Assembly (NCBI GenBank): GCA_964016885.1
Contig: OZ024744.1
Span: 122,016,001 to 122,080,000, forward strand
DNA: 64,000 nucleotides
Direction: 5' to 3'
Source: Eledone cirrhosa
Lineage: Eukaryota
In this document: piece by piece, positions 47,901-63,100 of the stretch
Position numbering within the stretch: the first letter of the stretch is position 1
Layout of the letters: each line of letters starts with the position of its first letter
Program-made: the position numbers and the translations under genes
The notes under the pieces: generated by a model
The model's database searches: none
Told to the model about the DNA's origin: nothing
What the model saw: the letters and a program-made list of their open reading frames with translations, nothing else

Positions 47901-50900
47901 TTCCTCTCACCCAGTCACTTTCATACTTCCTCAACACATGACCCAACCATCTCACACTATCTCTCTTCACAACATCCATCACTACATCTATTCCTCTCAC
48001 CCAGTCACTTTCATACTTCCTCAACACATGAGCCAACCATCTCACACTATCTCTCTTCACAACATCCAGCACTACCTCCATTCCTCTCACCCAGTCACAT
48101 TCATACTTCCTCAACACATGACCCAACCATCTCACACTATCTCTCTTCACAACATCCATCACTACCTCTATTCCTCTCACACAGTCACTTTCATACTTCC
48201 TCAACACATGACCCGACCATCTCACACTATCTCTCTTCACAACATCCATCACTACCTCTGTTTCTCTCACCCAGTCACATTCATACTTCCTCAACTCATG
48301 ACCCAACCATCTCACACTATCTCTCTTCACAACATCCATCACTACCTTTATTCCTCTCACACAGTCACTTTCATACTTCCTCAACACATGACCCAACCAT
48401 CTCACACTATCTCTCTTCACAACATCCATTACTACCTCTATTGCTCTCACCCAGTCACTTTTATCCTTCCTCAACACATGACCCAACCATCTCACACTAT
48501 CTCTCTTCACAACATCCATCACTACCTCTATTCCTGTCACTCAGTCACATTCATACTACCTCAACACATGACCCAACCATCTCACACTGTCTCTCTTCAC
48601 AACATCCATCACTACCTCTATTCCTCTCACCCAGTCACTTTTATACTTCCTCAACACATGACTCAACCATCTCACACTATCTCTCTTCACAACATCCATC
48701 ACTACCTCTATTCCTCTCACCCAGTCACTTTTATCCTTCCTCAACACATGACCCAACCATCTCACACGATCACTCTTCACAACATCCATCACTATCTCTA
48801 TTCCTCTCACCCAGTCACTTTCATACTTCCTCAACACATGACCCAACCATCTCACACTATCTCTCTTCACAACATCCATCACTACATCTATTCCTCTCAC
48901 CCAGTCACTTTCATACTTCCTCAACACATGAGCCAACCATCTCACACTATCTCTCTTCACAACATCCAGCACTACCTCCATTCCTCTCAGCCAGTCACTT
49001 TTATCTTTCCTCAACACATGACCCAACCATCTCACACTATCTCTCTTCACAACATCCATCACTACCTCTATTCCTCTCACCCAGTCACATTCATACTTCC
49101 TCAACACATGACCCAACCATCTCACACTATCTCTCTTCACAACATCCATCACTACCTCTATTCCTCTCACACAGTCACTTTCATACTTCCTCAACACATG
49201 ACCCAACCATCTCACACTATCTCTCTTCACAACATCCATCACAACCTCTATTCCTCTTACCCAGTCACTTTTATCCTTCCTGAACACATGACCCAACCAT
49301 CTCACACTATCTCTCTTCACAACATCCATTACTACCTGTATTCCTCTCACACAGTCACATTCATACTTCCTCAACACATGACCCAACCATCTCACACTAT
49401 CTCACTTCACAACATCCATTACTACCTCTATTGCTCTCACCCAGTCACTTTTATCGTTCCTCAACACATGACCCAACCATCTCACACTATCTCTCTTCAC
49501 AACATCCATCACTACCTCTATTCCTCTCACCCAGTCACTTTTATACTTCCTCAACACATGACCCAACCATCTCACACTATCTCTCTTCACAACATCCATC
49601 ATTACCTCTATTCCTTTCACCCAGTCACTTTTATCCTTCCTCAACACATGACCCAACCATCTCACACGATCACCCTTCACAACATCTATCACTACCTCTA
49701 TTCCTCTCACCCAGTCACTTTCATACTTCCTCAACACATGACCCAACCATCTCACACTATCTCTCTTCACAACATCCATCACTACCTCTGTTTCTCTCAC
49801 CCAGTCACTTCATACTTCCTCAACACATGACCCAACCATCTCAAACTATCTCTCTTCACAACATCCATCACTACCTTTATTCCTCTCACACAGTCACTTT
49901 CATACTTCCTCAACACATGACCCAGCCATCTCACACTATCTCTCTTCACAACATCCATCACTACCTCTATTCCTCTCACCCAGTCACTTTTATCCTTCCT
50001 CAACACATGACCAAACCATCTCACACTATCTCTCTTCACAACATACATCACTACCTCTATTCCTCTCAACCGGTCACTTTTATCCTTCCTCAACACATGA
50101 CCCAACCATCTCACACTATCTCTCTTCACAACATCCATCACTACCTCTATTCACTCACCCAGTCACTTTTATCCTTCCTCAACACATGACCCAACCATCT
50201 CACACTATCTCTCTACACAACATCCATCACTACCTCTATTCCTATCACCCAGTCACATTCATACTTCCTCAACACAGGACCCAACCATCTCACACTATCT
50301 CTCTTCACAACATCCATCACTACCTCTGTTCCTCTCACCCAGTCACATTCATACATCCTCAACACATGACCCAACCATCTCACACTATCTCTCTTCACAA
50401 CATCCATCACTACCTCTATTCCTCTCACCCAGTCACTTTCATACTTCCTCAACACATGACCCAACCATCCCACAGTATCTCTCTTCACAACATCCATCAC
50501 TACCTCTGTTCCTCTCACCCAGTCACTTTTATCCTTCCTCAACACATGACCCAACCATCTCACACTATCTCTCTTCACAACATCCATCACTACCTCTATT
50601 CCTCTCACCCAGTCACTTTTATCCTTCCTCAACACATGACCCAACCATCTCACACTATCTCTCTTCACAACATCCATCACTACCTCTATTCCTCTCACAC
50701 AGTCACTTTCATACTTCCTCAACACATGACCCAACCATCTCACACTATCTCTCTTCACAACATCCATCACAACCTCTATTCCTCTTACCCAGTCATTTTT
50801 ATCCTTCCTGAACACATGACCCAACCATCTCACACTATCTCTCTTCACAACATCCATCACTACCTCTATTCCTCTCACCCAGTCACATTCATACTTCCTC

Positions 50901-51354
50901 AACACATGACCAAACCATCTCCCACTATCTCTATTCACAACATCCATCACAACCTCTATTCCTCTCACACAGTCACTTTCATACTTCCTGAACACATGAC
51001 CCAACCATCTCACACTATCTCTCTTCACAACATCCATCACTACCTCTATTCCTCTCACCCAGTCACATTCATACTTCCTCAACACATGACCAAACCATCT
51101 CACACTATCTCTCTTCACAACATCCATCACTACCTCTATTCCTCTCACCCAGTCACTTTTATCCTTCCCAAACACATGACCCAACCATCTCACACTATCT
51201 CTCTTCACAACATCCATCACTACCTCTATTCCTTTCACCCAGTCACTTTTATCCTTCCTCAACACATGACCCAACCATCTCACACGATCACCCTTCACAA
51301 CATCTATCACTACCTCTATTCCTCTCACCCAGTCACTTCATACTTCCTCAACAC

Positions 51355-54054
51355 ATGACCCAACCATCTCAAACTATCTCTCTTCACAACATCCATCACT
51401 ACCTTTATTCCTCTCACACAGTCACTTTCATACTTCCTCAACACATGACCCAACCATCTCACACTATCTCTCTTCACAACATCCATCACTACCTCTATTC
51501 CTCTCACCCAGTCACTTTTATCCTTCCTCAACACATGACCCAACCATCTCACACTATCTCTCTTCACAACATCCATCACTACCTCTATTTCTCTCACACA
51601 GTCACTTTCATACTTCCTCAACACATGACCCAACCATCTCACACTATCTCTCTTCACAACATCCATCACAACATCTATTCCTCTTACCCAGTCATTTTTA
51701 TCCTTCCTGAACACATGACCCAACCATCTCACACTATCTCTCTTCACAACATCCATCACTACCTCTATTCCTCTCACCCAGTCACATTCATACTTCCTCA
51801 ACACATGACCAAACCATCTCACACTATCTCTATTCACAACATCCATCACAACCTCTATTCCTCTCACACAGTCACTTTCATACTTCCTCAACACATGACC
51901 CAACCATCTCACACTATCTCTCTTCACAACATTCATCACAACCTCTATTCCTCTTACCCAGTCATTTTTATCCTTCCTGAACACATGACCCAACCATCTC
52001 ACACTATCTCTCTTCACAACATCCATCACTACCTCTATTCCTCTCACCCAGTCACATTCATACTTCCTCAACACATGACCAAACCATCTCACACTATCTC
52101 TCTTCACAACATCCATCACTACCTCTATTCCTCTCACCCAGTCACTTTTATCCTTCCCAAACACATGACCCAACCATCTCACACTATCTCTCTTCACAAC
52201 ATCCATCACTACCTCTATTCCTCTCACACAGTCACTTTCATACTTCCTCAACACATGACCCAACCATCTCACACTATCTCTCTTCACAACATCCATCACT
52301 ACCTCTATTCCTCTCACCCAGTCACTTTTATCCTTCCTCAACACATGACCCAACCATCTCACACTATCTCTCTTCACAACATCCATCACTACCTCTATTC
52401 CTCTCACACAGTCACTTTCATACTTCCTCAACACATGACCCAACCATCTCACACTATCTCTCTTCACAACATCCATCACAACCTCTATTCCTCTTACCCA
52501 GTCATTTTTATCCTTCCTGAACACATGACCCAACCATCTCACACTATCTCTCTTCACAACATCCATCACTACCTCTATTCCTCTCACCCAGTCACATTCA
52601 TACTTCCTCAACACATGACCAAACCATCTCACACTATCTCTATTCACAACATCCATCACAACCTCTATTCCTCTCACACAGTCACTTTCATACTTCCTCA
52701 ACACATGACCCAACCATCTCACACTATCTCTCTTCACAACATTCATCACAACCTCTATTCCTCTTACCCAGTCATTTTTATCCTTCCTGAACACATGACC
52801 CAACCATCTCACACTATCTCTCTTCACAACATCCATCACTACCTCTATTCCTCTCACCCAGGCACATTCATACTTCCTCAACACATGACCAAACCATCTC
52901 ACACTATCTCTCTTCACAACATCCATCACTACCTCTATTCCTCTCACCCAGTCACTTTTATCCTTCCCAAACACATGACCCAACCATCTCACACTATCTC
53001 TCTTCACAACATCCATCACTACCTCTATTCCTTTCACCCAGTCACTTTTATCCTTCCTCAACACATGACCCAACCATCTCACACGATCACCCTTCACAAC
53101 ATCCATCACTACCTCTATTCCTCTCACCCAGTCACATTCATACTTCCTCAACACATGACCAAACCATCTCACACTATCTCTCTTCACAACATCCATCACT
53201 ACCTCCATTCCTCTCACCCAGTCACTTTTATCCTTCCCAAACACATGACCCAACCATCTCACACTATCTCTCTTCACAACATCCATCACTACCTCTATTC
53301 CTCTCACACAGTCACTTTCATACTTCCTCAACACAGGACCCAACCATCTCACACTATCTCTCTTCACAACATCCATCACTACCTCTATTCCTCTCACCCA
53401 GTCACTTTTATCCTTCCTCAACACATGACCCAACCATCTCACACTATCTCTCTTCACAACATCCATCACTACCTCTATTCCTCTCACACAGTCACTTTCA
53501 TACTTCCTCAACACATGACCCAACCATCTCACACTATCTCTCTTCACAACATCCATCACAACCTCTATTCCTCTTACCCAGTCATTTTTATCCTTCCTGA
53601 ACACATGACCCAACCATCTCACACTATCTCTCTTCACAACATCCATCACTACCTCTATTCCTCTCACCCAGTCACATTCATACTTCCTCAACACATGACC
53701 AAACCATCTCACACTATCTCTATTCACAACATCCATCACAACCTCTATTCCTCTCACACAGTCACTTTCATACTTCCTCAACACATGACCCAACCATCTC
53801 ACACTATCTCTCTTCACAACATTCATCACAACCTCTATTCCTCTTACCCAGTCATTTTTATCCTTCCTGAACACATGACCCAACCATCTCACACTATCTC
53901 TCTTCACAACATCCATCACTACCTCTATTCCTCTCACCCAGTCACATTCATACTTCCTCAACACATGACCAAACCATCTCACACTATCTCTCTTCACAAC
54001 ATCCATCACTACCTCTATTCCTCTCACCCAGTCACTTTTATCCTTCCCAAACAC
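51355..54054. repeat. 9-monomer (810-bp) higher-order repeat, three copies, with a 3-monomer interruption before the third
   Basis: The terminal marker TCCTTCCCAA occurs at 52151, 52961 (+810), 53231 (+270) and 54041 (+810). The internal order of TCATTTT..CCTGA, ACCAAA..CTATTCAC and ACATTCATCACAAC variants is conserved. Confidence 0.88.
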
Positions 54055-54177
54055 ATGACCCAACCATCTCACACTATCTCTCTTCACAACATCCATCACT
54101 ACCTCTATTCCTTTCACCCAGTCACTTTTATCCTTCCTCAACACATGACCCAACCATCTCACACTATCTCTCTTCAC

Positions 54178-57100
54178 TAATCCATAACTACATCTATTCC
54201 TCTCACCCAGTCACTTTTATCCTTCCTCAACACATGACGCAACCATCTCACACGATCACCCTTCACAACATCCATCACTACATCTATTCCTCTCACCCAG
54301 TCACTTTCATACTTCCTCAACACATGACCCAACCATCTCACACTATCTCTCTTCACAACATCCATCACTACCTCTGTTTCTCTCACCCAGTCACTTTCAT
54401 ACTTCCTCAACACATGACCCAACCATCTCACACTATCTCTCTTCACAACATCCATTACTACCTCTATTGCTCTCACCCAGTCACTTTTATCCTTCCTCAA
54501 CACATGACCCAACCATCTCACACTATCTCTCTTCACAACATCCATCACTACCTCTATTCTTCACACCCAGTCACTTTTATCCTTCCTCAACACATGACCC
54601 AACCATCTCACACTATCTCTCTTCACAACATCCATCACTATCTCTGTTCCTCTCACACAGTCACTTTCATACTTGCTCAACACATGACCCAACCATCTCA
54701 CACTATCTCTCTTCACAACATCCATCACAACATCTATTCCTCTTACCCAGTCACTTTTATCCTTCCTGAACACATGAACCAACCATCTCACACTATCTCT
54801 CTTCACAACATCCATTACTACCTGTATTCCTCTCACCCAGTCACTTTCATACTTCCTCAACACATGACCCAACCATCTCACACTATCTCTCTTCACAACA
54901 TCCATCACTACCTCTATTCCTCTCACCCAGTCACTTTTATCCTTCCTCAACACATGACCCAACCATCTCACACTATCTCTCTTCACAACATCCATCACTA
55001 CCTCTACTCCTCTCACCCAGTCACTTTTATCCTTCCTCAACACATGACCCAACCATCTCACACGATCACTCTTCACAACATCCATCACTACCTCTATTCC
55101 TCTCACCCAGTCACTTTCATACTTCCTCAACACATGATTCAACCATCTCACACTATCTCTCTTCACGACATTCATCACTACATCTATTTCTCTCACCCAG
55201 TCACTTTTATCCTTCCTCAACACATGACCCAACCATCTCACACTATCTCTCTTCACAACATCCATCACTACCTCTGTTCCTCTTACCCAGTCAAGTTTAT
55301 CCTTCCTCAACACATGACCCAACCATCTCACACTATCTCTCTTCACAACATCCATCACTACCTCTATTCCTCTCATCCAGTCACTTTTATCCTTCCTCAA
55401 CACATGACCAAACCATCTCACACTATCTCTCTTCACAACATCCATCACTACCTCTATTCCTCTCACACTGTCACTTTTATCCTTCATCAACACATGACCC
55501 AACCATCTCACACTATCTCTCTTCACAACATCCATCACTACCTCTATTCCTCTCACCCAGTCACTTTCATACTTCTTCAACACATGAGCCAACCATCTCA
55601 CACTATCTCCCTTTACAACATCCATCACTACCTCTATTCCTCTCACCCAGTCACATTCATAATTCCTCAACACATGACCCAACCATCTCACACTATCTCT
55701 ATTCACAACATCCATCACGACCTCTATTCCTCTCACCCAGTCACTTTTATCCTTCCTCAACACATGACCCAACCATCTCACACTATCTCACTTCACAACA
55801 TCCATCACTACCTCTATTCCTCTCAGCCAGTCACATTCATACTTCCTCAACACATGACCCAACCATCTCACACTATCTCTCTTCACAACATCCATCACTA
55901 CCTCTGTTCCTCTTACCCAGTCAAGTTTATCGTTCCTCAACACATGACCCAACCATCTCACACTATCTCTCTTCACAACATCCATTACTACCTCTATTGC
56001 TCTCACCCAGTCACTTTTATCCTTCCTCAACACATGACCCAACCATCTCACACTATCTCTCTTCACAACATCCATCACTACCTCTATTCCTCTCACCCAG
56101 TCACATTCATACTTCCTCAACACATGACCCAACCATCTCACACTATCTCTCTTCACAACATCCATCACTACCTCTATTCCTCTCATCCAGTCACTTTTAT
56201 CCTTCCTCAACACATGACCAAACCATCTCACACTATCTCTCTTCACAACATCCATCACTACCTCTATTCCTCTCACCCTGTCACTTTTATCCTTCCTCAA
56301 CACATGACCCAACCATCTCACACTATCTCTCTTCACAACATCCATCACTACCTCTATTCCTTTCACCCAGTCACTTTTATCCTTCCTCAACACATGACCC
56401 AACCGTCTCACACGATCACCCTTCACAACATCCATCACTACCTCTATTCCTCTCACCCAGTCACTTTCATACTTCCTCAACACATGACCCAACCATCTCA
56501 CACTATCTCTCTTCACAACATCCATCAATACCTCTGTTCCTCTCACCCAGTCACTTTTATCCTTCCTCAACACATGACCCAACCATCTCACACTATCTCT
56601 CTTTACAACATCCATCACTACCTCTATTCCTCTCACCCAGTCCATTTTATCCTTCCTCAACACATGATCCAACCATCTCACACTATCTCTCCTCACAGCA
56701 TCCATCACTACATCTATTCCTCTCACCCAGTCACTTTTATCCTTCCTCAACACATGACCCAACCATCTCACACTATCTCTCTTCACAACATCCATCACTA
56801 CCTCTATTCCTCTCACACAGTCACTTTTATACTTCCTCAACACATGACCGAACCATCTCACACTATCTCTCTTCACAGCATCCATCACAACATCTATTCC
56901 TCTTACCCAGTCATTTTTATCCTTCCTGAACACATGACCCAACCATCTCACACTATCTCTCTTCACAACATCCATCACTACCTCTATTCCTTTCACCCAG
57001 TCACTTTTATCCTTCCTCAACACATGACCCAACCATCTCACACGATCACCCTTCACAACATCCATCACTACCTCTATTCCTCTCACCCAGTCACATTCAT

Positions 57101-60100
57101 ACTACCTCAACACGTGATCCAACCATCTCACACTGTCTCTCTTCACAACATCCATCACTACCTCTATTCCTCTCCCCCAGTCACTTTTATACTTCCTCAA
57201 CACATGACCCAACCATCTCACACTATCTCTCTTCACAACATCCATCACTACCTCTATTCCTCTCATCCCGTCACTTTTATCCTTCCTCAACACATGACCA
57301 AACCATCTCACACTATCTCTCTTCACAACATCCATCACTACCTCTATTCCTTTCACCCAGTCACTTTTATCCTTCCTCAACACATGACCCAACCATCTCA
57401 CACGATCACCCTTCACAACATCCATCACTACCTCTATTCCTCTCATCCAGTCACTTTTATCCTTCCTCAACACATGACCCAACCATCTCACACTATCTCT
57501 CTTCACAACATCCATCACTACCTCTATTCCTCTCACCCAGTCACTTTTATCCTTCCTCAACACATGACCCAACCATCTCACACTATCTCTCTTCACAACA
57601 TCCATCACTACCTCCATTCCTCTCAGCCAGTCACATTCATACTTCCTCAACACATGACCCAACCATCTCACACTATCTCTCTTCACAACATCCATCACTA
57701 CCTCTGTTCCTCTTACCCAGTCAAGTTTATCCTTCCTCAACACATGACCCAACCATCTCACACTATCTCTCTTCACAACATCCATTACTACCTGTATTCC
57801 TCTCACTCATTCACTTTCATACTTCCTCAACACATGACCCAACCATCTCACACTATCTCACTTCACAACATCCATTACTACCTCTATTGCTCTCACCCAG
57901 TCAATTTTATCCTTCCTCAACACATGACCCAACCATCTCACACTATCTCTCTTCACAACATCCATCACTACCTCTATTCCTCTCACACAGTCACATTCAT
58001 ACTTCCTCAACACATGACCCAACCATCTCACACTATCTCTCTTCTCAACATCCATCACTACCTCTATTCCTCTCATCCAGTCACTTTCATACTTCCTCAA
58101 CACATGACCCAACCATCTCACACTATCTCTCTTCACAACATCCATCACTACCTCTGTTCCTCTCACCCAGTCACTTTTATCCTTCCTCAACACATGACCC
58201 AACCATCTCACACTATCTCTCTTCACAACATCCATCACTACCTCTATTCCTCTCATCCAGTCACTTTTATCCTTCCTCAACACATGACCCAACCATCTCA
58301 CACTATCTCTCTTCACAACATCCATCACTACCTCTATTCCTCTCATCCAGTCACTTTTATCCTTCCTCAACACATGACCAAACCATCTCACACTATCTCT
58401 CTTCTCAACATCCATCACTACCTCTGTTCCTCTCACCCAGTCACTTTTATCCTTCCTCAACACATGACCCAACCATCTCACACTATCTCTCTTCACAACA
58501 TCCATCACTACTTCTATTCCTCTCACCCTGTCACTTTTATCCTTCCTCAACACATGACCCAACCATCTCACACTATCTCTCTTCACAACATCCATCACTA
58601 CCTCTATTCCTTTCACCCAGTCACTTTTATCCTTCCTCAACACATGACCCAACCATCTCACACGATCACCCTTCACAACATCCATCACTACCTCTATTCC
58701 TCTCATCCAGTCACTTTTATCCTTCCTCAACACATGACCAAACCATGTCACACTATCTCTCTTCACAACATCCATCTCTACCTCTATTCCTCTCACCCTG
58801 TCACTTTTATCCTTCCTCAACACATGACCCAACCATCTCACACTATCTCTCTTCACAACATCCATCACTACCTCTGTTTCTCTCACCCAGTCACATTCAT
58901 ACTTCCTCAACACATGACCCAACCATCTCACACTATCTCACTTCGCAACATCCATCACTACCTCTATTCCTCTCACCCAGTCACTTTTATCCTTCCTCAA
59001 CACATGACCCAACCATCTCACACTATCTCTCTTCACAACATCCATCACTACCTCTATTCCTTTCACCCAGTCACTTTTATCCTTCCTCAACACATGACCC
59101 GACCATCTCACACTATCTCTCTTCACAACATCCATCACTACCTCTGTTTCTCTCACCCAGTCACATTCATACTTCCTCAACTCATGACCCAACCATCTCA
59201 CACTATCTCTCTTCACAACATCCATCACTACCTTTATTCCTCTCACACAGTCACTTTCATACTTCCTCAACACATGACCCAACCACCTCACACTATCTCT
59301 CTTCACAACATCCATCACTACCTCTATACCTCTCACCCAGTCACTTTCATACTTCCTCAACACATGACCCTACCATCTCACACTATCTCTCTTCACAACA
59401 TCCATCACTACCTCTATTCCTCTCACCCAGTCACTTTTATCCTTCCTCAACACATGACCCAACCATCTCACACTATCTCTCTTCACAACATCCAACACTA
59501 CCTCTATTCCTCTCACCCAGTCACTTTTATCCTTCCTCAACACATGACCCAACCATCTCACACTATCTCTCTTCACAACATCCATCACTACATCTATTCA
59601 CTCACCCAGTCAATTTTATCCTTCCTCAACACATGACCCAACCATCTCACACTATCTCTCTACACAACATCCATCACTACCTCTATTCCTATCACCCAGT
59701 CACATTCATACTTCCTCAACACAGGACCCAACCATCTCACACTATCTCTCTTCACAACATCCATCACTACCTCTGTTCCTCTCACCCAGTCACATTCATA
59801 CATCCTCAACACATGACCCAACCATCTCACACTATCTCTCTTCACAACATCCATCACTACCTCTGTTCCTCTCACCCAGTCACATTCATACATCCTCAAC
59901 ACATGACCCAACCATCTCACACTATCTCTCTTCACAACATCCATCACTACCTCTATTCCTCTCACCCAGTCACTTTCATACTTCCTCAACATATGACCCA
60001 ACCATCTCACACTATCTCTCTTCACAACATACATCACTACCTCTGTTCCTCTCACCCAGTCACTTTTATCCTTCCTCAACACATGACCCAACCATCTCAC

Positions 60101-63100
60101 ACTATCTCTCTTTACAACATCCATCACTACCTCTATTCCTCTCACCCAGTCACTTTTATCCTTCCTCAACACATGATCCAGCCATCTCACACTATCTCTC
60201 CTCACAACATCCATCACTACCTCTATTCCTCTCACCCAGTCACTTTTATCCTTCCTCAACACATGACCCAACCATCTCACACTATCTCTCTTCACAACAT
60301 CCATCACTACCTCCATTCCTCTCAGCCAGTCACATTCATACTTCCTCAACACATGACCCAACCATCTCACACTATCTCTCTTCACAACATCCATCACTAC
60401 CTCTATTCCTCTCACACAGTCACTTTCATGCTTCCTCAACACATGACCCAACAATCTCACACTATCTCTCTTCACAACATCCATCACAACATCTATTCCT
60501 CTTACCCAGTGACTTTTATCCTTCCTGAACACATGAACCAACCATCTCACACTATCTCTCTTCACAACATCCATTACTACCTGTATTCCTCTCACCCAGT
60601 CACTTTTATCCGTCCTCAACACATGACCCAACCATCTCACACTATCTCTCTTCACAACATCCATCACTACCTCTATTCCTCTCACCCTGTCAGTTTTATC
60701 CTTCCTCAACACATGACCCAACTATCTCACACTATCTCTCTTCACAACATCCATCACTACCTCTATTCCTTTCACCCAGTCACTTTTATCCTTCCTCAAC
60801 ACATGACCCAACCATCTCACACGATCACCCTTCACAACATCCATCACTACCTCTATTCCTCTCACCCAGTCACTTTTATCCTTCCTCAACACATGACCCA
60901 ACCATCTCACACTATCTCTCTTCACAACATCCATCACTACCTCTATTCCTCTCACCCAGTCACATTCATACTTCCTCAACACATGACCCAACCATGTCAC
61001 ACTGTCTCTCTTCACAACATCCATCACTACCTCTATTCCTCTCACGCAGTCACTTTTATCCTTCCTCAACACATGGCCCAACTATCTCACACTATCTCTC
61101 TTCACAACATCCATCACTACCTCTATTCCTGTCACCCAGTCACTTTTATCCTTCCCCAACACATGACCCAACCATCTCACACTATCTCTCTTCACAACAT
61201 CCATCACTACCTCTATTCCTCTCACCCAGTCACTTTTATCCTTCCTCAACACATGACCCAACCATCTCACACCATCACCCTTCACAACATCCATCACTAC
61301 CTCTATTCCTCTCACCCAGTCACTTTCATACTTCCTCAACACATGACCCAACCATCTCACACTATCTCTCTTCACAACATCCATCACTACCTCTGTTTCT
61401 CTCACCCAGTCACATTCATACTTCCTCAACACATGACCCAACCATCTCACACTATCTCTCTTCACAACATCCATCACTACCTCTGTTCCTCTTACACAGT
61501 CAAGTTTATCCTTCCTCAACACATGACCCAACCATCTCACACTATCTCTCTTCACAACATCCATTACTACCTGTATTCCTCTCACCCAGTCACTTTCATA
61601 CTTTCTCAACACATGACCCAACCATCTCACACTATCTCACTTCACAACATCCATTACTACCTCTATTGCTCTCACCCAGTCAATTTTATCCTTCCTCAAC
61701 ACATGACCCAACCATCTCACACTATCTCTCTTCACAACATCCATCACTACCTCTATTCCTTTCACCCAGTCACTTTTATCCTTCCTCAACACATGACCCG
61801 ACCATCTCACACTATCTCTCTTCACAACATCCATCACTACCTTTATTCCTATCACACAGTCCCTTTCATACTTCCTCAACACATGACCCAACCATATCAC
61901 ACTATCTCTCTTCACAACATCCATTACTACCTCTATTGCTCTCACCCAGTCACTTTTATCCTTCCTCAACACATGACCCAACCATCTCACACTATCTCTC
62001 TTCACAACATCCATCACTACCTCTATTCCTCTCACCCAGTCACTTTCATACTTCCTCAACACATGACCCAACCATCTCACACTATCTCTCTTCACAACAT
62101 CCATTACTACCTCTATTCCTCTCACCCAGTCACTTTTATCCTTCCTCAACACATGACCCAACCATCTCACACTATCTCTCTTCACAACATCCATCACTAC
62201 CTCTATTCCTCTCAACCGGTCACTTTTATCCTTCCTCAACACATGACCCAACCATCTCACACTATCTCTCTTCACAACATCCATCACTAACTCTATTCAC
62301 TCACCCAGTCACTTTTATCCTTCCTCAACACATGACCCAACCATCTCACACTATCTCTCTACACAACATCCATCACTACCTCTATTCCTATCACCCAGTC
62401 ACATTCATACTTCCTCAACACAGGACCCAACCATCTCACACTATCTCTCTTCACAACATCCATCACTACCTCTGTTCCTCTCACCCAGTCACATTCATAC
62501 ATCCTCAACACATGACCCAACCATCTCACACTATCTCTCTTCACAACATCCATCACTACCTCTATTCCTCTCACCCAGTCACTTTCATACTTCCTCAACA
62601 CATGACCCAACCATCCCACAGTATCTCTCTTCACAACATCCATCACTACCTCTGTTCCTCTCACCCAGTCACTTTTATCCTTCCTCAACACATGACCCAA
62701 CCATCTCACACTATCTCTCTTTACAACATCCATCACTACCTCTATTCCTCTCACCCAGTCACTTTTATCCTTCCTCAACACATGATCCAACCATCTCACA
62801 CTATCTCTCCTCACAACATCCATCACTACCTCTATTCCTCTCACCCAGTCACTTTTATCCTTCCTCAACACATGACCCAACCATCTCACACTATCTCTCT
62901 TCACAACATCCATCACTACCTCCATTCCTCTCAGCCAGTCACATTCATACTTCCTCAACACATGACCCAACCATCTCACACTATCTCTCTTCACAACATC
63001 CATCACAACCTCTATTCCTCTCACACAGTCACTTTCATACTTCCTCAACACATGACCCAACCATCTCACATTATCTCTCTTCACAACATCCATCACAACC

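Noticed and set aside
51325-54177. Minus-strand ORFs as a functional reverse transcriptase or intact LINE
   Set aside because: Only a 30-aa post-RT segment is repeated. There is no (Y/F)ADD catalytic motif, endonuclease domain, UTR or 3' tail, and the frame is repeatedly broken by stops and -1 deletions.
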